Shown: piece after piece, positions 12,233-24,505 of the stretch
Numbering within the stretch: the stretch's first letter is position 1
Layout: every line of letters starts with the position of its first letter
Assembly: GCA_028534125.1 (NCBI GenBank)
Contig: CM052818.1
Span: forward strand, 5,396,001 to 5,460,000
Direction: 5' to 3'
Length of the DNA: 64,000 nucleotides
DNA from: Lama glama
Taxonomy: Eukaryota
Notes under the pieces: model-generated
The model's database searches: none
What the model saw: the letters and a program-made list of their open reading frames with translations, nothing else
What the model was told of the DNA's origin: nothing
Program-made: the position numbers and the translations under genes

Positions 12233-12857
12233 TGTAACTGAGCGGGACCCTATGGGCCCTTCCTGGAAGAGACCCCACTCCATGTCCTCTGCCTGCTTCT
12301 TGTCTGTAGAAAAACAAGTCTCCTAGGCTTTCCCAAGTTCCAAAGAGTACATTTAATCAGAAAAATGCAGAAAGAAAGGAAAACAATCAAGCAAGGCAAA
12401 ATAATCATAATTTTGCCATTAAACAAAGTCAACAATCTTTCGTTTCTCCTCAAAAACTACAGATAATATTCTGAGCCGGATCCTTTGAGCTGTTTGCAGA
12501 TACTGAAACCCCCACCAGGTGGAAGAAGTTAACTGTTATGCTGCCCACAAGCACGCAGACCCCAGATCAGTTGGAACCAGAAGGGTGGTGATGCTGACTC
12601 CTGATTATCTCACCACCAACCAATCAGGAGAATGTCCACGAACTGATTACACACCCTGCAACCCTCCTACCTCACCCTGCTTTAAAAAACTTTTCCCTGA
12701 AAGCCTTCAGGGAGTTCAGGTGTTTCGAGCATTAGCTACCTGGACTCTTTGCTTGGAGCCCTGCAGTAAACACTGCACTTTCCTTTACCACAGCCTGGTG
12801 TCAGTAGACTGGCTTTACTGCACAAAGACAAGCAGACCCAAGTTTGGCTCAGTAACA
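12233..12857 (+). mobile_element. Solo LTR of an endogenous retrovirus (ERV1-like)
   Basis: TG...CA ends with an 11-bp inverted terminus (tgtaactgagc / gctcagtaaca, 10/11 match). CCAAT box (accaatcagg), TATA-like tttaaaaa and poly(A)-like agtaaa occur in U3-R-U5 order. 625 bp; TSD not clear. Confidence 0.85.
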
Positions 12858-14659
12858 CCATGATATTTTTCTTTGTGATGGCATCGACAGAATGTTCATA
12901 CGTTTTCCCATTTGTTTGTCAAGTTTCCCACATGGGACTGAACTCTCCTTCAGTTTGCTTTTGCCACGTTATGACAGACATGCAGGGTGAGATGAATGAC
13001 TCAGCAACACCGCTCAAAGCTCAAGGAGGAAATCAGCAAAGGGCCAGCTCCACCCAGCTGCTCTCTGCACTGACCCCATTCTCCTGGAAATCAGAGCATG
13101 AGAAGCAGGAAGGGGAAAGGAAAACCACGCATGCAGAGCATGGCTACACCCTCTGGGAGAGAACGTGACTGTGTAGTGGGAGTGAGGCAAGACTTTTGTG
13201 CACAGAGGAAAAAGCTCTGCAGTGAGACTAGAGGTGGACCTACCTTAGTGGTCACGAGAAAAATGGGGAAAAATATTCCAATCAAAAAACTCCTGTACCT
13301 CCACTGGAGGATGGCTAATTCTACCCCACAGTGTAAGTGGTCTCATTTTTGCAGGGTTGTAACTCTTTTTTGTAAGTATGTGGGCATGCAATTAAGATCT
13401 TCCTGGAATCACCCCCACTTAACTCAATGACAATGGAGAGCAGAATTTCCCCATCCTAACAGCTAGTTCAGAGCCCAAGGGGCAGTCCACTAGCAGTCAA
13501 CGTGAGGAGAGGTTGAGTGGCAGTTCTAATTGACCATTTCTACCCAGGCTCCTCTTAGGAATGGACAATATGAGTTGTCACGGCTTCCCGCCAATCACAA
13601 GAAACCTGACCTAGAGAGAGCCACATCTTAGAGCCAGGGATGTTTTTACACCCAATGAATTCAGTTTCCATTGCATTATCTTATTTTTAGGCCATGCAGA
13701 GAAGAGCCTGCCTAATCATGTCATAAAATCCTGAATTTCGTAGATGATACATGACAACTTTAAATCTAAATATGTCCTCCAGCTGCCCAAACAAGAGGCT
13801 ATTTAGCATTTGATATCCTCTCCTCTTAGAACTCCTAGTTCGTTCTTTGCAGATACTCAGGAGCTTTTGCAAAGTCACAGCTTATCAAGTCCTTAGGAGG
13901 TGTTGCTGTTTTATGGGACAGAGGGGGAAAAAACAATGAATTTGCGTTTTGATGGGCAATGAACAGAACTTCTAGATGAGCTGTTTTCCTGCAGCGTAAG
14001 GGATTGAGGCAACGTGGGAGATTTATGTAGACAAGTGACGGGCCACATTTGCCTGTCTTCCCTCCTTTTACAGTCAATGAGAGATTTTTCACTCTGCCAC
14101 AGTTTCAACAACACACATGTCAGACGCGATGGGGGTTAGAAGGGAAGAGAAGCCCACAAGGCAAATGAACTAGACAGACAGCAGCGTATCAGCAGCACGT
14201 GCTCATGCTCAGTGCCAGTGGACCGGTCTGGCCATAATAAGGCCAGACACATGGATTCCTGAATGTCTCTACAAGTGGTTAGTTAGCAAGTTGTCCACCC
14301 GCCCACAGATGCCCTGACAGCAAAACTACAGGAGAAAACATGGTGTTTCTGCTCTCAGCTGCCATCTCCACTCCATCAGGGGACACAGCCGGTGTCTTCT
14401 CTCCCCAACTTCACAGGAGACTGTAGGGAAGGTGACAGAGCTTCAGACATTCCATGCACTCAGCAGGAGGAAAAGTGGGATGATCAGACAGAGAAATGCC
14501 CTTCCAAATTCTCCACCCATGAAAGGATACACACGGGTGTGCCTGGAGTTTTCAGGCTTCCATTCTTCAGTGCATTCCTGAGCAGTGGTGGATTCTGCAG
14601 GAAAGGACTATGGCAGCTTAAATTATTGTTCACAAATAGTCACAGCAGCCTCCCTGGAG

Positions 14660-14990
14660 GAGAATCATATTTCACTCTCCTATTGACAGGGCTTGGCCAT
14701 GCGATCCACTCTACCCAGTGAACTATGTGACAAGTGATGTGTGTCACTGACACGTAGAAGTTTTAAAAGCCAGTATGTGGTCCTCAGGCTCTCTTTTTCC
14801 TCCTGCTTAATCATCAGCAATGTCCCCAAGAGGAATTGCTCTGCCAGTCTGGGCCCTAGAGTGAAGACAATGTGGAGCAGTATCAAAGGAAACCCAAGAT
14901 GAGTATGAGCAAGAAATTACCTTCATTATTGTGAACCACTGAAATTCGGGGCTCACCTGTGACTGCATCATCCTAGCCTAGCCAATTCTG
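14660..14990 (+). mobile_element. MaLR LTR (MLT1-like) remnant
   Basis: gtgatgtgtgtcact...ccagtctgggccctagagtgaagac...atgagcaagaaattacctt...gaaccactgaaatt matches MLT1 3' motifs. Confidence 0.7.
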
Positions 14991-16070
14991 GCTGAGTCAC
15001 TTTAAGAATCTATAGTAAAACTAAGAGTGGGTAGCATCCCTGCCTATGAAGTTCACACATTTCCTTCCTCTTGTCATGATCTCTTTCTTACCTCTAGCCC
15101 ATTTGTGGTTGGCTTCACTCTATCCTTGGTTTATTAGTCTGATCATTCTCAAGTCGGGTACCAGGTAGGGCAGCTCTCTAGGCCTCACAAGTGAATAGAT
15201 GTTAGGCAGAAGATGATAAGGCTAATTCCACAGGAAGAAGCAACTGTGGATCTAACAATTCTAGAATGTACTATCCTCTTTGAAAATCATTTATTATCTT
15301 CACAATGGACACATTTAGCCAGTTTTATATGAAAGTATATAGATGCTACCTCTTAATATTAGAAAGATGTGGTCAAAGAGTCATGTGGCAAGAAGGACCT
15401 ATGATAGTATAACATAATCTTTTTAGGGACTACATGTAGAAAAAAGTATCAAACTTAAAATATTTGGGAATCATGAAGGTTCTAAGAATCAGAGTAAATG
15501 CTGGATTTCTAGGCAAAAAATCCACTGCATAGCAGGGAACTTTTATCTTATTTAATCCAATTGATTATCTTCTATGACACAACATTGCGTTTTTTGCAGG
15601 AAACAGCTTTGAGGTTCACCCACATTCCGTATTTGCTAGTAAAAGGCAATATTCACTTATATCTCATCGAAAACGCATACAACTTTGTCTTATAATTCTC
15701 CTTCAGATTTTAAGATCTAATCACCTCAGTAGGCAGAATATCTAGATCTGAGTAGATCAGAGTTTCTCAGGATTATCAATTATATCATTCATTTTAAAAG
15801 ATGAGAAGAGACTGAAAAAGTTAATGGTTTGACATTACAGTTGGGAGGTAACATTCCAGAGCCATAGAATGTTGGATTTGAACCAAGAAAGCATTGAGAA
15901 TCCTGAGACCCAGAGAGGCTTAGTAACTCATGAACAGTAGATCAGAGTCCAAAGTTTTGGTGTCCTCTCTGGCACATTGGTTCTTTCCTTTTAACTGTGT
16001 GCTGAGGATGGTCTATACTCAGTTAAGGAGCCCCATATGGGATGATAGAAATTTGCTTCAAAAAGAACAT

Positions 16071-16860
16071 AGGGGCTGCATCAAATTACATTCCCACCAA
16101 CAGTGTAGGAGGGTTTCCTTTTCTCCACACCCTCTCCAGCATTTATTATTTGTAGACTTTTAATGGTGGCCATTCTGACTGGTGTGAGGTGATACCTCAC
16201 TGTAGTTTTGATTTGCATTTCTCTAATAATTAGCAATGTCGAATATTCTTTCATGTGTCTGTTGCCCATCTGGATGTCTTCTTTGGAAAGATATCTATTT
16301 GGGTCTTCTGCCCATTTTTTGATTTGGTTGCTTGTTTTTTTTTATATTAAACTGTATGAGCTGTTTGTATACTTCATTTGTGTCTTTTTTTTTTTAGATT
16401 CCACACATAAGTGATATCATATGGTGTTTTTCTTTCTCTTTCTGGCTTACTTCACTTAGAATAATGATCTGCAGGTCCATCTACATTGCTGCAAATAGCA
16501 TTATTTTATTCCTTTTTTGTGGTTGAGTAGTATTCCACTATATATATACACGACATCTTTATCCAGTCATCTGTCAATGGACATTTAGGTTGTTTCCATG
16601 TCTTGGCTATTATAAACAGTGCTGCTGTGAACATAGGGGTGCATGTGTCTTTTTGAGTTATAGTTTCCTTCAGATATATGCCCAGGAGTGGGATTGCTGG
16701 ATCATATAGTAAGTCTATTTTTAGTCTTTTAAGGAATCTCCAAATATATGTATGTACATATATGACTGGAACATTATGCTGTACCAGAAATTGACACAAC
16801 ATTGCAAACTGACTATACCTCAATTAAAAAAACAAACAAACCTGGTAACCCCCCCAAAAA
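16071..16860. mobile_element. Rearranged LINE-1 insertion (two antisense blocks + sense 3' end)
   Basis: 16074-16371 and 16373-16742 are antisense L1 ORF2/3' sequence; 16743-16832 is the sense 3' end. Flanking TSD aaaaagaacataggg / aaaaagaacatggag. Confidence 0.9.
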
Positions 16861-17094
16861 AGAACATGGAGTATGGGAGAACTAGGAATATGGAAATTAT
16901 AACTACCAACAATCTATTCAGAATAGATACTCTATTTAGAAAAACCCTGATAGTCCCTCAGTCTTTGCTTGGATGCCTCTGTGACTAGAAGCTCACTGTT
17001 CTGTGATGGGACCTTGCTGATTAGCAGCAAGGAATAAACTCCTTCCTGATGGGCATTCCCATAAGCTGTCATAGTTCTACTCTATAAGATTATC

Positions 17095-17296
17095 CAGTGG
17101 TTTTCCAACAAAGAGAGGAGCAACTGCATCCCCAAGAAGACGTTTGGCAAAGTTTAGAGGTATTTTTGGTTGTCAAAACTACCAAAAATGCTACTGATAG
17201 GCATACTGGTCAGTATCGTATAATGCACCAAACTACTCCCACAACAAAGAATTATCTAGTCCCCAATGTCACTAGTGCTGAGATAGAGAAACTCTG
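17095..17296. mobile_element. MER20-like hAT-Charlie MITE
   Basis: cagtggttttc...tttggttgtcaaaact...cccacaacaaagaattatctagtccccaatgtcactagtgctgagatagagaaactctg; CAG...CTG termini. Confidence 0.8.
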
Positions 17297-17719
17297 ATCT
17301 AGTCCAATCCCTGTTTGACACGATAGCCCTTTACATATTTGAAAGGGCTATGTTATTCCTTCTAAGTTTTCTTTCTGCTAAATACCTTCAGGTTTGCCAT
17401 CGTTCTGCATTTGACTCAGTTTCTCCATCCTTCAGGGACTCTGTTAGACATGCTTCGAAGTGTCCTTGTCTCTCATTAATTGCCTCAACCAAAAGGGCAC
17501 ACTATCCTCTACTATCCTCTAGCTCATTCATAGAGCCAGGGGACTCTTAATTCCCATGATGAAAGCCCCACATGTGCTCAATGCATGGAGAAGTACGAAT
17601 ACACCATCACCAGAAGCAGGAAAAGAGTCTGGTGTCTTAGACCAGAGTGTGGATTCAGCAACACTCAGATGACGGTAGAAAAAGCAGTACCCGCAAAAGC
17701 AATACTACGTATAAAGGGC

Positions 17720-17945
17720 TGGTGGCATGCCAGCTACCCTCCTAAGGCTTTTATATGCATTACCTCATCTAATCCTCCTAGTGATCCCATGTGGAATGTT
17801 GTGTTATCACCATTTTTATAGATGAAGAAATTAATTCTTAGAAAGGTTAAAAAACTCACCTGAGGTCATGAAGCTAATGATCAGATTGGCCAGACTCAAA
17901 CCCAGATCTGCCTAATCTCAAAACCCAGGCTCTTAATCCCCCTAA
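17720..17945 (-). mobile_element. MIR SINE
   Basis: cctcatctaatcctcc...ccatttttatagatgaagaaatt...gactcaaacccagatctgcct. Confidence 0.8.
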
Positions 17946-19479
17946 TGTGCTCTAACCTGTCTTCCTCAAAACATGGATAAAACAGCACATTCTACAAAAG
18001 ACTAACAAACCACCATGAATTAGCTAATGCATCCATCTTAGCATGCATGCACCGATCTTGGCAGGTCTCACTCCTTTGCAACCTAAGACCAGAACACACT
18101 TTGCAGGAAAACAAAGCTACCAGGAGGAATACTTCTCCAGGTTTAAGAGTCAAAAGCTTGGTGTGTTTTTAATCGTCTCTCGGGTGAAAACAAGTCAATA
18201 GCAATGTGAAGAAAGGAAATGTTTCCAACATTTTCACAGCCCCTTGTTCACAAAAGTTGTCCCACTCAAAATCGAAAATCCTGGTCTGGACCATCCCAGA
18301 TTCATGAGTATCCTGGGACCTTACATGCATGAGCAGTGGTTATAAATCTGCGCCTTTGACGCATCAGGTTTATTTTTGTTTCGCAGGAGTTTGGGTAGTT
18401 TCTGCTCAGCACGTCTACGTTTGCACCTTCAAGACTGGAGCTTTTAGGCTTATGACTCAGGGAATCTTTCCTTAGAAGAAAGGCGGACTATATTTTTTTC
18501 TTTTGGCAGCTCTTAAATTATTAGTCAAGTTACCGTGTAATCTTTGAGTTTCACCAAGTGGCTTCAAGGATTAGATACTGAGAGCCCGAGAAAAGTGCTT
18601 GGATCACAAACTTTCACTATGCTGCAACTTAAAGCCAATTTTTTCTTCCTTTTACAATCCAGGAATATATTTCTGACGTATTTATAGCATTATATGGCAC
18701 TTCCCTGAAGACAAGGAAAACTCCACAGGCAGAGGTGAGGGAGGAGTCACCTGACATTTAGAGGGCGAGGCTCTCTTGGCAGGAGAGTTCGCCTTAAAAT
18801 TCACCGTAATTTGACTTTCAGTTTTAAACTTAAGAGGTTTTGATATTGGCCTTTCCTCATCAGCATAAATGTCTCTTCTTCCCTTACTCCTGGGCTGACC
18901 TCCGTTCTCCTCTGTAGATGAGAGTATCCCAGCCACATAACTTCCTTAGGATGGGCTTGATAAAGGATGTCTCTTGCTTTCATCATTTGTCTACCCCCAT
19001 GTCCCCAGATGTCTCTTGAAGTTGGATTCTCCCAGTGTCTTTCCACCTGCTCCCTAGTCACTGGGCCTCACTCCCACAAAAACAAGGCCTGGATCAGCCA
19101 CAGTGATTCAGCTCAGCACTGTGAAAGACGGACCAGAAAATCCAAACTCCTCAATAATCCCATCCCTTCATATTGCCCAGTAGGATTTCAAGGTCTCTCG
19201 CAGGGATCAGAAAACCTTCCTCGTCAATAAATGTTGGCCCTTGTCAATAGATATTGCTCTTGGGTCCTGTGATCATCCCTGCCTGACCAGCTAGGTCAGA
19301 TGGGTTTTATGAGAATTAACTGAGATGAGTCTAAAATCTCTTTAATTCTGGGAAGGCAGCTCAAAATTCAAAAGATGAATATTATTAATAATTACGAGGC
19401 CCTGGTCAAAACAAAATTTCCCTTTCAGGTGGATTTGAAGAGAAAAAACACACCAAAACATTCCCCAGATCCAACATTA

Positions 19480-19735
19480 TCACCTCTTGGGAACATTTCC
19501 TGAGTCCCTCAGACCTTATTGAATCACCATCATCTGGATTCTCCCAATGAACTCACACAGCACTTCCTCTGTGTTATGTTTTATAACAATGACCGGTGAT
19601 TTTCTCATCTGTTCCCCTGCTGGATTGAAAGCTCCTTACGGGTGGACAGGAAGCTCATTGGTCTCCATCCCTGGTGGCTAGTGCAGTGCCTGCTACATAA
19701 TAGGCACTCAACAAATGCCCGTTGATTTAATTAAT
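19480..19735 (+). mobile_element. L2 3' end
   Basis: gattgaaagctccttacggg...cagtgcctgctacataataggcactcaacaaatg. Confidence 0.7.
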
Positions 19736-19899
19736 GAGTTAGCTAATTAATAATTAACACAAATCAGCATATGCTGAGTGCCAAATAATAGGTAAATACC
19801 AGTGGTTTAAGATTCAAAGCAGGACAAGAAAAATGCAAAATGTGTTAGTAAAATAAAAGATTTATAGAAGAGTTAGAATTGGAAGAAACACAAGGATGA

Positions 19900-20290
19900 A
19901 ATCCATTCATCCATCTGTCCATCCAGTAACCACTGCATCTTACTACAGACCACGGAAATGCACAGACCTAGAGATTCAATTTCAGGGAGAGGGGATGGCA
20001 TGGATAAACCTTGGAAAGTCCTAAATATGAATATATTTATAAAGTAACAAGCAGAGAAGTTTGTTGAAGTGGAGAAGTGAGAAGTTAGGTTTTTGAAGCA
20101 GACTGGTGTCAGATGGTGCCAGGCATTGACTACTTGGCTTGAGAGTTTGTACTTTATTCTATAAGCCACGCAGAGCTGGTTTGCAGAGGGGCAAGATGGA
20201 CGGGTTGCAGAGAGCAAGGGCTGGAGGCAGGATCTGTCAGGAGGCTGGTATAGGAATTCACAAGAGAGGGGAATGGCAGTGTCCACAATT
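19900..20290 (-). mobile_element. L2 fragment
   Basis: ccattcatccatc...gagtttgtactttattctataagc...ctggaggcagg is an L2 antisense pattern. Confidence 0.55.
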
Positions 20291-21659
20291 AGGCTACTAG
20301 AGAATTATCCCCTAGGGACTTGCTCCGTGTCCTGATTTAGGTTGTAGACGCTCCTGTGAAGATATCGTGCACATGTTGCTTTTTAAGGAGGAGCGTGGGT
20401 ATTAGAATTAAGCAACATTTAATTCAAGGCCTTGCACTATTTCAGCTTGGGGGCAGCATCACTCAAGAGGTTAAGGGGACTGGTAAGTCCTGAGGGAGCT
20501 GTCAGCTACCTCGTCTTCTAGGCTTCCCTCTGTACCAACCATAAACATCTTAGCCTGAAAAGGCACGTGTTAGAAAATGACAGACCCTGATCGTTTACAA
20601 TGGCATCTTTATTTCTGACTGGACTTAGACTACAAATATTCCCCAAGATAACTCATATAGTTGCTTACTCATTCATTTTCTACTAGGATGGAGAAAATGA
20701 ATAAACATAGACCCACTAAATTATTAAAATTTTCCTCAAAATCTCAAAAACAGAATTGATCCTCCCAATGAGACACTGACATTATTATTATTAACTTGTA
20801 TCTTCCGAAGTTTGTCCTTCATAAAGTTTGTTTGTACCCAATTCAAAAATATTTTTAGGATGTGGGGAATCGTGCAAGAAGCTTTTCAATATATTTTAAG
20901 AAAATCAAATTTTTTCTTCCCCTAGCAATTGGGTCAAGGGACAGAAATACCCAAATCAAATGACAACCTTATCTTCCCAAACATTTTCCAAAAGACTCTC
21001 CCATGTTGGGCCCAACAGCAGCCGTCTGTGACTGCTTCTCCTGTATCGTTCCCCCACTCCTATTTTTACTTTCAATGCAGACTTTTTCTTTTGCTGTTTC
21101 CCACAATAGTTTTAGCCTTTCTTGGTAATCTAATGCCCTAGCCAATATCCTGAGGTAAAGATGTGTTTATATAAAAATTGCTATCAGAAAAACAGTTCAA
21201 GCAATGAGAGAAGTCAGTGTACATTTTAACTGACAACTACATAAATAGATGGAGACAGAGTCACATTTCAGAGTCTTGAACTGTTACGTACATTGCCTTG
21301 TTCCCTTGCCTGGACCTAAAGCACAGACTACATACTCACAAAAACTTATTCAACTAATGTTTGTGTTTGAGTGCCTACTATGTGGTGGGCACTGGGCTAG
21401 GCAGTGAGGTTGCACCAAGGGGCAAAACTGCATATGACCACGACGTGTGCAGCTTGCCAACTTATATTTTGTCTATTGACACATGGCACTTACACTTCCC
21501 AATTCGATTTTAAGCTCTGAGAGGGCAGAGACCAGGTTTCATGAATGCCTTATTCATCGCTACTCTTCCTAGACCGGACATGGACTAGACATCGACAAGG
21601 AAAATCACAGTTTCCTTCCCTGGTGCTGTCCCTTGCTTTGGCCTCCTCCGTTGTGCCTT

Positions 21660-21830
21660 TAGATACATGAGTTGTCGAATCTAGGCTTTGACACGCCGCT
21701 TTGAGTTGGTTACTTATACACGCAGATTTAGCTGCCTCATTTATAAAATCAGTCCAATAATGTCTGCTCTCCTACTTAGCGGTTACTTTGCAGCTTACAT
21801 GAGAGAAAGGCCTATGAAAGCTTTTGGTAC
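21660..21830 (+). mobile_element. MIR SINE
   Basis: cctcatttataaaat...ttacatgagagaaaggcctatgaaagctttt. Confidence 0.55.
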
Positions 21831-22147
21831 ACTCTTATTAACATCAACGTAGGAAGTTTTTTTGTTGACTCTTACGATGGCTCAGAATGATTCTTCGGTT
21901 GTTTCAGAAATGAACACTTTAGCTCTTGAAGTAAGACACAGAGCTCTTTGAAGACAGGGCTCCATGCTGCCTAAGGCAATGGTGGGTCTACAACCACACA
22001 GGGAAGACAAGAATGAATGGATAAATGCTGAGCACTGGTTGCAGAGCACACAGTCATATCTAGTGGGGAAAGGCACACATGTAGAGCTAGCAAAAAGAAC
22101 CTGATTATGTTAGGAGATCAAACCAGCGAGGCAGTGAAATCTATAAT

Positions 22148-22308
22148 CTGTGTTATCTAACGCAGTCACTGGTAAATACATGTGGTGTTTGAACCCATGG
22201 AATGCGACCACCACAACTTGAGGAACTCAATTTTTAACTGTTTACTTTTAATTAATTTAAATTTAAACAGCCACCAGGGGCTGGCGGCTACCCCACTGGA
22301 CAGCACAG
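22148..22308. mobile_element. MER3-like hAT-Charlie MITE
   Basis: ctgtgttatctaa...tgaggaactcaattttta...ttaatttaaatttaaacagccac...ggctaccccactggacagcacag. Confidence 0.8.
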
Positions 22309-23011
22309 TTCCAGTCTCAGTGTGGCCATTGGTTACGCCATTAGCTGTACAACACTGGGAAAATCTGTCACCTTCTTGGAGCCTCAAATTCTCTCAGGGG
22401 AAGCTAGATTAAATAATCCCCTAGGTACCTCTTTCAGGTAAAATGTTGCATGAATGAAAATGCAAGGATAACAGTTTAGACACAGGAGGTAGTCCTAGCT
22501 CCATACAGATTTAATACTTGCACGTAGCATACGGAAAATCTCTAAATGCTAGCTCTGCGCTAATAAGAGAAACTACCTCTTACTCCAAGATGGGGATTCA
22601 ATAATTTAAGAAATGTAAACTAACAGCACAGTTCTTGATGCACAGACAGCAACGTTAGCCTTTTTTATGACGATCACTAACTCGCCATGATAATAAATAT
22701 CAACGTCCCTTCTACTCTCCGAGCTCCAGTTTCTTCCTTCGATTCGTGCCATCTCAGCTACAGAGGCTTGTGTGAGAATAAAATGAGCTGATACACACAA
22801 CTAATCTGAAATGCTAAAAATATTAGTTCCTATCTTATTTTTTTAAATCTTGAATTTAGTTATGCTTTAGGTAAATCCAAGCTCTCGTTGTGTATTCAAC
22901 GAATATTTAGAGTGCCTACTAGGTGCCCAGGACTGTTTTTCAGATAGCAGCTTATAGCAGAGAACAAAACAATGGCCCTGTCCTTTGGGAGTTTACTTTT
23001 TGGGTTTGTGG

Positions 23012-23048
23012 GCGCGCACACACACACACACACACACTCACACACACA
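23012..23048. repeat. (GC)n(CA)n microsatellite
   Basis: gcgcgcacacacacacacacacacactcacacacaca. Confidence 0.95.
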
Positions 23049-23059
23049 GTTTTTGTCTT

Positions 23060-23280
23060 CTCTGGAGTCAAGCTGCCTCAGTTCAATTCTCCGCTCTGCC
23101 ACTGACTAATTGCATAACTCTAAGCAAGCTGCTTAACTTCTTTAAGCCTCTGTTAGCTTATCTGTGAAAGGGGACTAATAACGAAAACGTTTAAAGATTA
23201 ACTGAAGCAATGAGCGTGAAGTGCTCAGCACAGTACCTGGCGCTCTGTGCGGGGTAAGTAGACGGTAGCCATTACTGTTT
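23060..23280 (+). mobile_element. MIR SINE
   Basis: ctctgccactgactaattgcataactctaagcaagctgcttaacttctttaagcctc...gaagtgctcagcacagtacctggc. Confidence 0.8.
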
Positions 23281-23796
23281 CTATTATTAGAGCGTAGAAA
23301 ACCTGCTCTCCCCCTAGGGTTCCACCCTTTGTGGGGTTGCAGGGTTTGCACGTGAAGCAAGAGCTGAGAAGCCACGAGTGATCCCACTTCCCAGTTCCTC
23401 TGGGGCTTCTGAACAATTATCCATCTTGAAATCCCCCAGACAGAACACTCAGAAATACCAGGCTTTGAGCTTTTTGGACTTTTTCAAAGAAGAGGAGTCC
23501 TGATCTATTCTGCTTCAGAAAAATAAGTTTTTCTTAGGGAGGGAAAGGGTCTGAGGGAAAACAGCTTGCACACTATTCACGTCTGGGAGACGTGTGTAGG
23601 GATGCAGAGTAGGGTACACAGTGAAAATGGAGGAATACTGTCCTCTCCCAGCCTCTGTTCAAAGCAGACCCATCCCTGCATTTCCCTGGTATTTTCCTGA
23701 GATGCTTTTTTCCAACACCAGTCAATGCCTAGAAGAGGAATCTCCATGGGAAGTGGAGATCATTTGCCAGCTGGTTATCAGAATAATGGTCCTTGC

Positions 23797-24381
23797 CTAA
23801 TTCAAAAAGATACACGCATGCCAGTGTTCATAGCAACACTATTTACAATAGCCAAGACATGGAAACAACCTAAATGTCCATCAACAGATGACTGGATAAA
23901 GAAGCTATAGTATATTCATACAGTGGAATACTACCTAGCCATAAAAAATGACAAAATAATGCCATTTGCAGTAACATGGATGGCCCTGGGGATCGTCATT
24001 CTAAGTGAAGTAAGTCAGAAAGAAAAAGAAAAATACCATATCATTCATATGTGGAACCTAAAGAAAATGACACAGATGAACTTACTTACAAAACAGAAAC
24101 AGACTCACATATGTAGAGAACAAGCATTTGGTTACCAGGATCACAGAGAATGGAGATGGAAAGGGATAAATTGGGAGCTTGAGATTTGCAGATACGAACT
24201 ACTATCCATAAAATAGATTAAATAAGTTTCTACTGCACAGCACAGGGAACTACATTCAGTATCTTATACTAACCTATAATGAAACAGAATATGAAAATGA
24301 ATATGTGTATGTATATGTATGACTGAACCATCATGTTGCATAACAGAAAATGATACAAACTTGTAAACTGACTATACTTGA
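23797..24381 (+). mobile_element. 5'-truncated LINE-1 (ORF2 C-terminus + 3' UTR)
   Basis: LIQKDTRMPVFIATLFTIAKTWKQPKCPSTDDWIKKL and MEYYLAIKNDKIMPFAVTWM; TSD gaataatggtccttgcct / gaaggacggtcctcacct. Confidence 0.95.
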
Positions 24382-24449
24382 AAGATAGAAAGAAGGAAGA
24401 AAGGAAGGAAGGAAGGAAGGAAGGAAGGAAGGAAGGAAGGAAGGAAGGA

Positions 24450-24493
<44 letters not shown>

Positions 24494-24505
24494 ACGGAAG
24501 GAAGG
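24382..24505 (+). repeat. (GGAA)n(GAAA)n microsatellite at the L1 tail
   Basis: Directly visible; pure purine over 24387-24494. Confidence 0.97.

Noticed and set aside
22270..22285. CTCF-like ccaccagggg motifs (also ~43898)
   Set aside because: They miss a core G of the consensus; one lies inside a MER3 remnant.
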